This document shows, piece after piece, positions 61,382 through 64,000 of a stretch of DNA of 64,000 nt (positions within the stretch are counted from its first letter, which is position 1; each line of letters begins with the position of its first letter). The notes under the pieces are model-generated. The model was not told where the DNA came from. It worked only from the letters and a program-made list of their open reading frames with translations, and made no database searches. The DNA is from Cyanobacteriota bacterium (GTDB lineage Bacteria; Cyanobacteriota; Cyanobacteriia; Cyanobacteriales; Nostocaceae): assembly GCA_046045965.1 (NCBI GenBank), contig JBJOKS010000021.1, forward strand, positions 49,234 through 113,233, written 5' to 3'. Both the position numbers and the translations under genes were made by a program.

Positions 61382-62188
61382 ATGAACGATTTTTGGAACA
61401 CAATTTTAGATTTTTCCCAAACTACTACAACGAGAGTGGGAAAACAATTAATGCACGATTTTGGGAAAGTGCAAGCTTCTCAAAAAGCAGATGGTAGTTT
61501 AGTTACTCAAGCTGATAAATGGGCTGATCAAGAAATTAGAGATGCTATAGTTTCTACTTTCTCAGGTTACGGAATTTTAAGTGAAGAAAGTGACCAAACT
61601 TTTCCTGATACAGAATGGTGTTGGGTAATTGATCCTTTAGATGGAACAACCAACTTTACACGAGGTATTCCCATTTGGTCAATTTCTTTGGGTTTACTTT
61701 ATCGAGGTACGCCCATTTTTGGTTATGTTCATGTACCACCATTAAATCAAACATTTCATGGTTTTTGGGCTGGTTCTTCAGGTTTAGAAACGCCAACGGG
61801 AGCATTTTTAAATAACCATCCCATCCACACCAGTAAAGATGATCCTAGCAGTAATCACTTTTTTAATCTTTGTTCTCGTAGTACGGGAATTATTCAACCT
61901 GGTTTTCCCTGTAAGTTGCGAATGTTAGGAGTTGCTAGTTATAACTTTTTAACAGTTGCGACTGGTGCGGTTTTGGGAGGTATTGAAGCAACTCCAAAGG
62001 TTTGGGATATTGCAGGTGCTTGGGTAATTGTACAAGCTGCGGGTGGAAGTTGGATATCTTTAAAAGATGAACCTTTTCCATTATCACCTGGTAAAGATTA
62101 TAGCGATCGCTCTTTTCCGACAATGGTTGTTAGTCATCCAAAAATAGAATCTGTATTTACACCATTTCTCTCAAACCTCAAACTTTAA
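61382..62188 (+). CDS. Inositol monophosphatase family protein
   Basis: SEE, WVIDPLDGTTNF, WDIAG. Confidence 0.93.
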   Translation: MNDFWNTILDFSQTTTTRVGKQLMHDFGKVQASQKADGSLVTQADKWADQEIRDAIVSTFSGYGILSEESDQTFPDTEWCWVIDPLDGTTNFTRGIPIWSISLGLLYRGTPIFGYVHVPPLNQTFHGFWAGSSGLETPTGAFLNNHPIHTSKDDPSSNHFFNLCSRSTGIIQPGFPCKLRMLGVASYNFLTVATGAVLGGIEATPKVWDIAGAWVIVQAAGGSWISLKDEPFPLSPGKDYSDRSFPTMVVSHPKIESVFTPFLSNLKL

Positions 62189-62223
62189 GCATTCATCTAT
62201 CATTCATCAGCATTCGGTAAATA

Positions 62224-62289
62224 AGATCCCCGATTTCTTGTTTATATTTTCCATAAATTATGATATTGATCTTAGAAGTCGGGGATCTG
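62224..62289. repeat. AGATCCCCGA.TTCT...AGAAGTCGGGGATCT inverted-repeat element
   Basis: Related compact copy at about 43169-43201. Confidence 0.7.
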
Positions 62290-62318
62290 GCTTTTGCAAA
62301 TTGACAACTAGAAAAATT

Positions 62319-63272
62319 ATGCAAGGACTCTGGTTAGAAAATCAGCAATTACAACTAAAAACAGATATTCCCATTCCCGAACCACCACAGGGAGAAGCTT
62401 TAGTAAAAGTTTTGCGTGCGGGAATTTGTAACACTGACTTAGAATTACTCAGAGGTTATTATCCCTACAAAGGTATTTTAGGACATGAATTTGTCGGTGT
62501 TGTCGAACAAGGTTCAGAAAATTTAATTAATAAAAGAGTTGTTGGTGAAATTAACGCTGCTTGTGGTTATTGTCGGTTTTGTCTGCGGGGAGAACCTACC
62601 CACTGTGAAAATCGCACAGTTTTAGGTATTGTTAACCGTAATGGTGCTTTTGCTGAATATCTGTGTTTACCTGAACAAAACTTGCATCTTGTACCGGAAA
62701 ATGTTTCCACAGACGCAGCAACTTTCACTGAACCTATAGCAGCAGCTTTAGAAATTCAAGAACAGGTAAAAATCAATCCAGATGATAGAGTTTTAGTTGT
62801 AGGAGATGGAAAACTAGGACAATTAATAGCGCAAACTTTAGCCTTAACTGGTTGTGATTTATTGGTAGTAGGAAGACACAAAGATAAATTACAAAATCTG
62901 GAAAATCGAGGAATAAAAACTGGGTTAGCTGATGATATCAAATATAGAACTTTTGATATTTCCGTTGATTGTACAGGAAATCCCGAAGGTTTTGCTACTG
63001 CACGTCGCGCTTTACGTCCCAGAGGTACGTTAGTTTTAAAAAGTACCTATGCTGGTAATTTAAGTGTGGATATGTCTTCATTGGTGGTAGATGAAATTAC
63101 CCTGATAGGTTCTCGTTGTGGACCATTTACCCCAGCATTAGAATTATTAGCGACAAAACAAGTGGATGTAGAACCACTAATTGATGATCGTTATTCTCTA
63201 AATGAAGGGTTAGCTGCTTTTGAAAAAGCGCAAACTAAGGGAGTTTTAAAAGTGTTGTTAGAGATAAATTAG
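62319..63272 (+). CDS. Zn-dependent medium-chain alcohol dehydrogenase
   Basis: GICNTD, GHEFVG, CGYCRFC...HC, GDGKLG; ATG at 62319. Confidence 0.93.
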   Translation: MQGLWLENQQLQLKTDIPIPEPPQGEALVKVLRAGICNTDLELLRGYYPYKGILGHEFVGVVEQGSENLINKRVVGEINAACGYCRFCLRGEPTHCENRTVLGIVNRNGAFAEYLCLPEQNLHLVPENVSTDAATFTEPIAAALEIQEQVKINPDDRVLVVGDGKLGQLIAQTLALTGCDLLVVGRHKDKLQNLENRGIKTGLADDIKYRTFDISVDCTGNPEGFATARRALRPRGTLVLKSTYAGNLSVDMSSLVVDEITLIGSRCGPFTPALELLATKQVDVEPLIDDRYSLNEGLAAFEKAQTKGVLKVLLEIN

Positions 63273-63288
63273 CAAATCATTGAAAATC

Positions 63289-63843
63289 TTACATTGATTC
63301 TGCACCATGTGTAACTAGACGTTTAAATAAAGCTGCTGACCAACCAGTTTCTTTTAAAACAGCAGATGTAGAAACCTCTATATAAGACTGTTCAATAAAT
63401 GCCAAATCTATCATACAGATTTTACCTAAAGCGTCTTTTAATTCCTCTGGTTTTCCTTCTACTTTGAGTTTTTTACCGACTTCATTAACTACGGTGGCCA
63501 TAGCTGGAACTATATGCTGAGGTTGAATTCCCACCTTGACATGAACAATGCCAATTTGCCAACGACGTTGAGAATATTCACCACCCCAATTATCAATTCC
63601 TGTAAACATTTCATGAAACCATAGCACGAATGTTTCCCGTAGACGATGAATTCTACCATCGGTTGCATTTAAAATAGCATTCATTTCTGCATCATGTCCT
63701 AGATAAGTATAGAAATGATCTGCCATTTCTGGAGCAATTGTTAGCCCCCATTCTGCATTTAATTTCAGAATAGATTTATCTTCAGAGGTAAACTCCATTC
63801 TTTGTTCTAGGGTACTCATGAAAGCACGAGGATCTATAGCCAT
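63289..63843 (-). CDS. Stand-alone protoglobin/sensor-globin domain protein
   Basis: MEFTSEDK, FYTYL, IGIVHVKVGI (proximal His), CMIDLAFIEQSY. Confidence 0.82.
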   Translation of the reverse strand: MAIDPRAFMSTLEQRMEFTSEDKSILKLNAEWGLTIAPEMADHFYTYLGHDAEMNAILNATDGRIHRLRETFVLWFHEMFTGIDNWGGEYSQRRWQIGIVHVKVGIQPQHIVPAMATVVNEVGKKLKVEGKPEELKDALGKICMIDLAFIEQSYIEVSTSAVLKETGWSAALFKRLVTHGAESM

Positions 63844-64000
63844 AATTAGTTCTTTTTCCTTTGTCAGTTAAAAGCAGGACTTACGCAACTGGCACAGGCG
63901 ATCGCTATATTATAGTATTTTTGTACTGCAACAAGTGACGCAACTGGCACAAATAGCGGGCGTGGCTTCGCGGAAGCAATGCGGCAAATTGAATCAAACC

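Noticed and set aside
62238..62318. N-terminal extension of the alcohol dehydrogenase in the ORF track
   Set aside because: It reads through an inverted-repeat element; the natural start is the ATG at 62319.

Overview
AT-rich chromosomal window from a heterocyst-forming filamentous cyanobacterium (Nostocales; inferred from abundant HIP1 GCGATCGC sites, heptameric STRR arrays, psbU, btpA and a Cph1-type phytochrome). Most of it is core genome: rpsB-tsf, recG, phytochrome/Rcp1/hybrid kinase, ampG, ung, a PAS kinase with a REC-EAL partner, uppP, psbU, nadB, a CHASE2-PAS-GGDEF cyclase, VKOR, btpA, rimO-crhR and others. The main accessory feature is a DNA-phosphorothioation locus at about 17.3-29.4 kb. 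It contains dndC-dndD-dndE, a divergent DGQHR (DndB-like) gene and a PbeB/C/D-like module with no PbeA in the window. That module is split by an SLH/DUF3370 gene and followed by an SBD-HNH nuclease whose phosphorothioate-reading motifs look intact. Other candidates worth follow-up: an ABC-ATPase + PIN-like gene pair at the left edge; a protein-less IS200/IS605 derivative (~32.37-32.75 kb) that appears to keep a promoter, a boxA-like motif and the omegaRNA/right end; a small secreted peptide gene downstream of the CHASE2 diguanylate cyclase; and a GC-rich structured segment upstream of rimO-crhR. All family assignments come from motif recognition by eye; no database searches were run.
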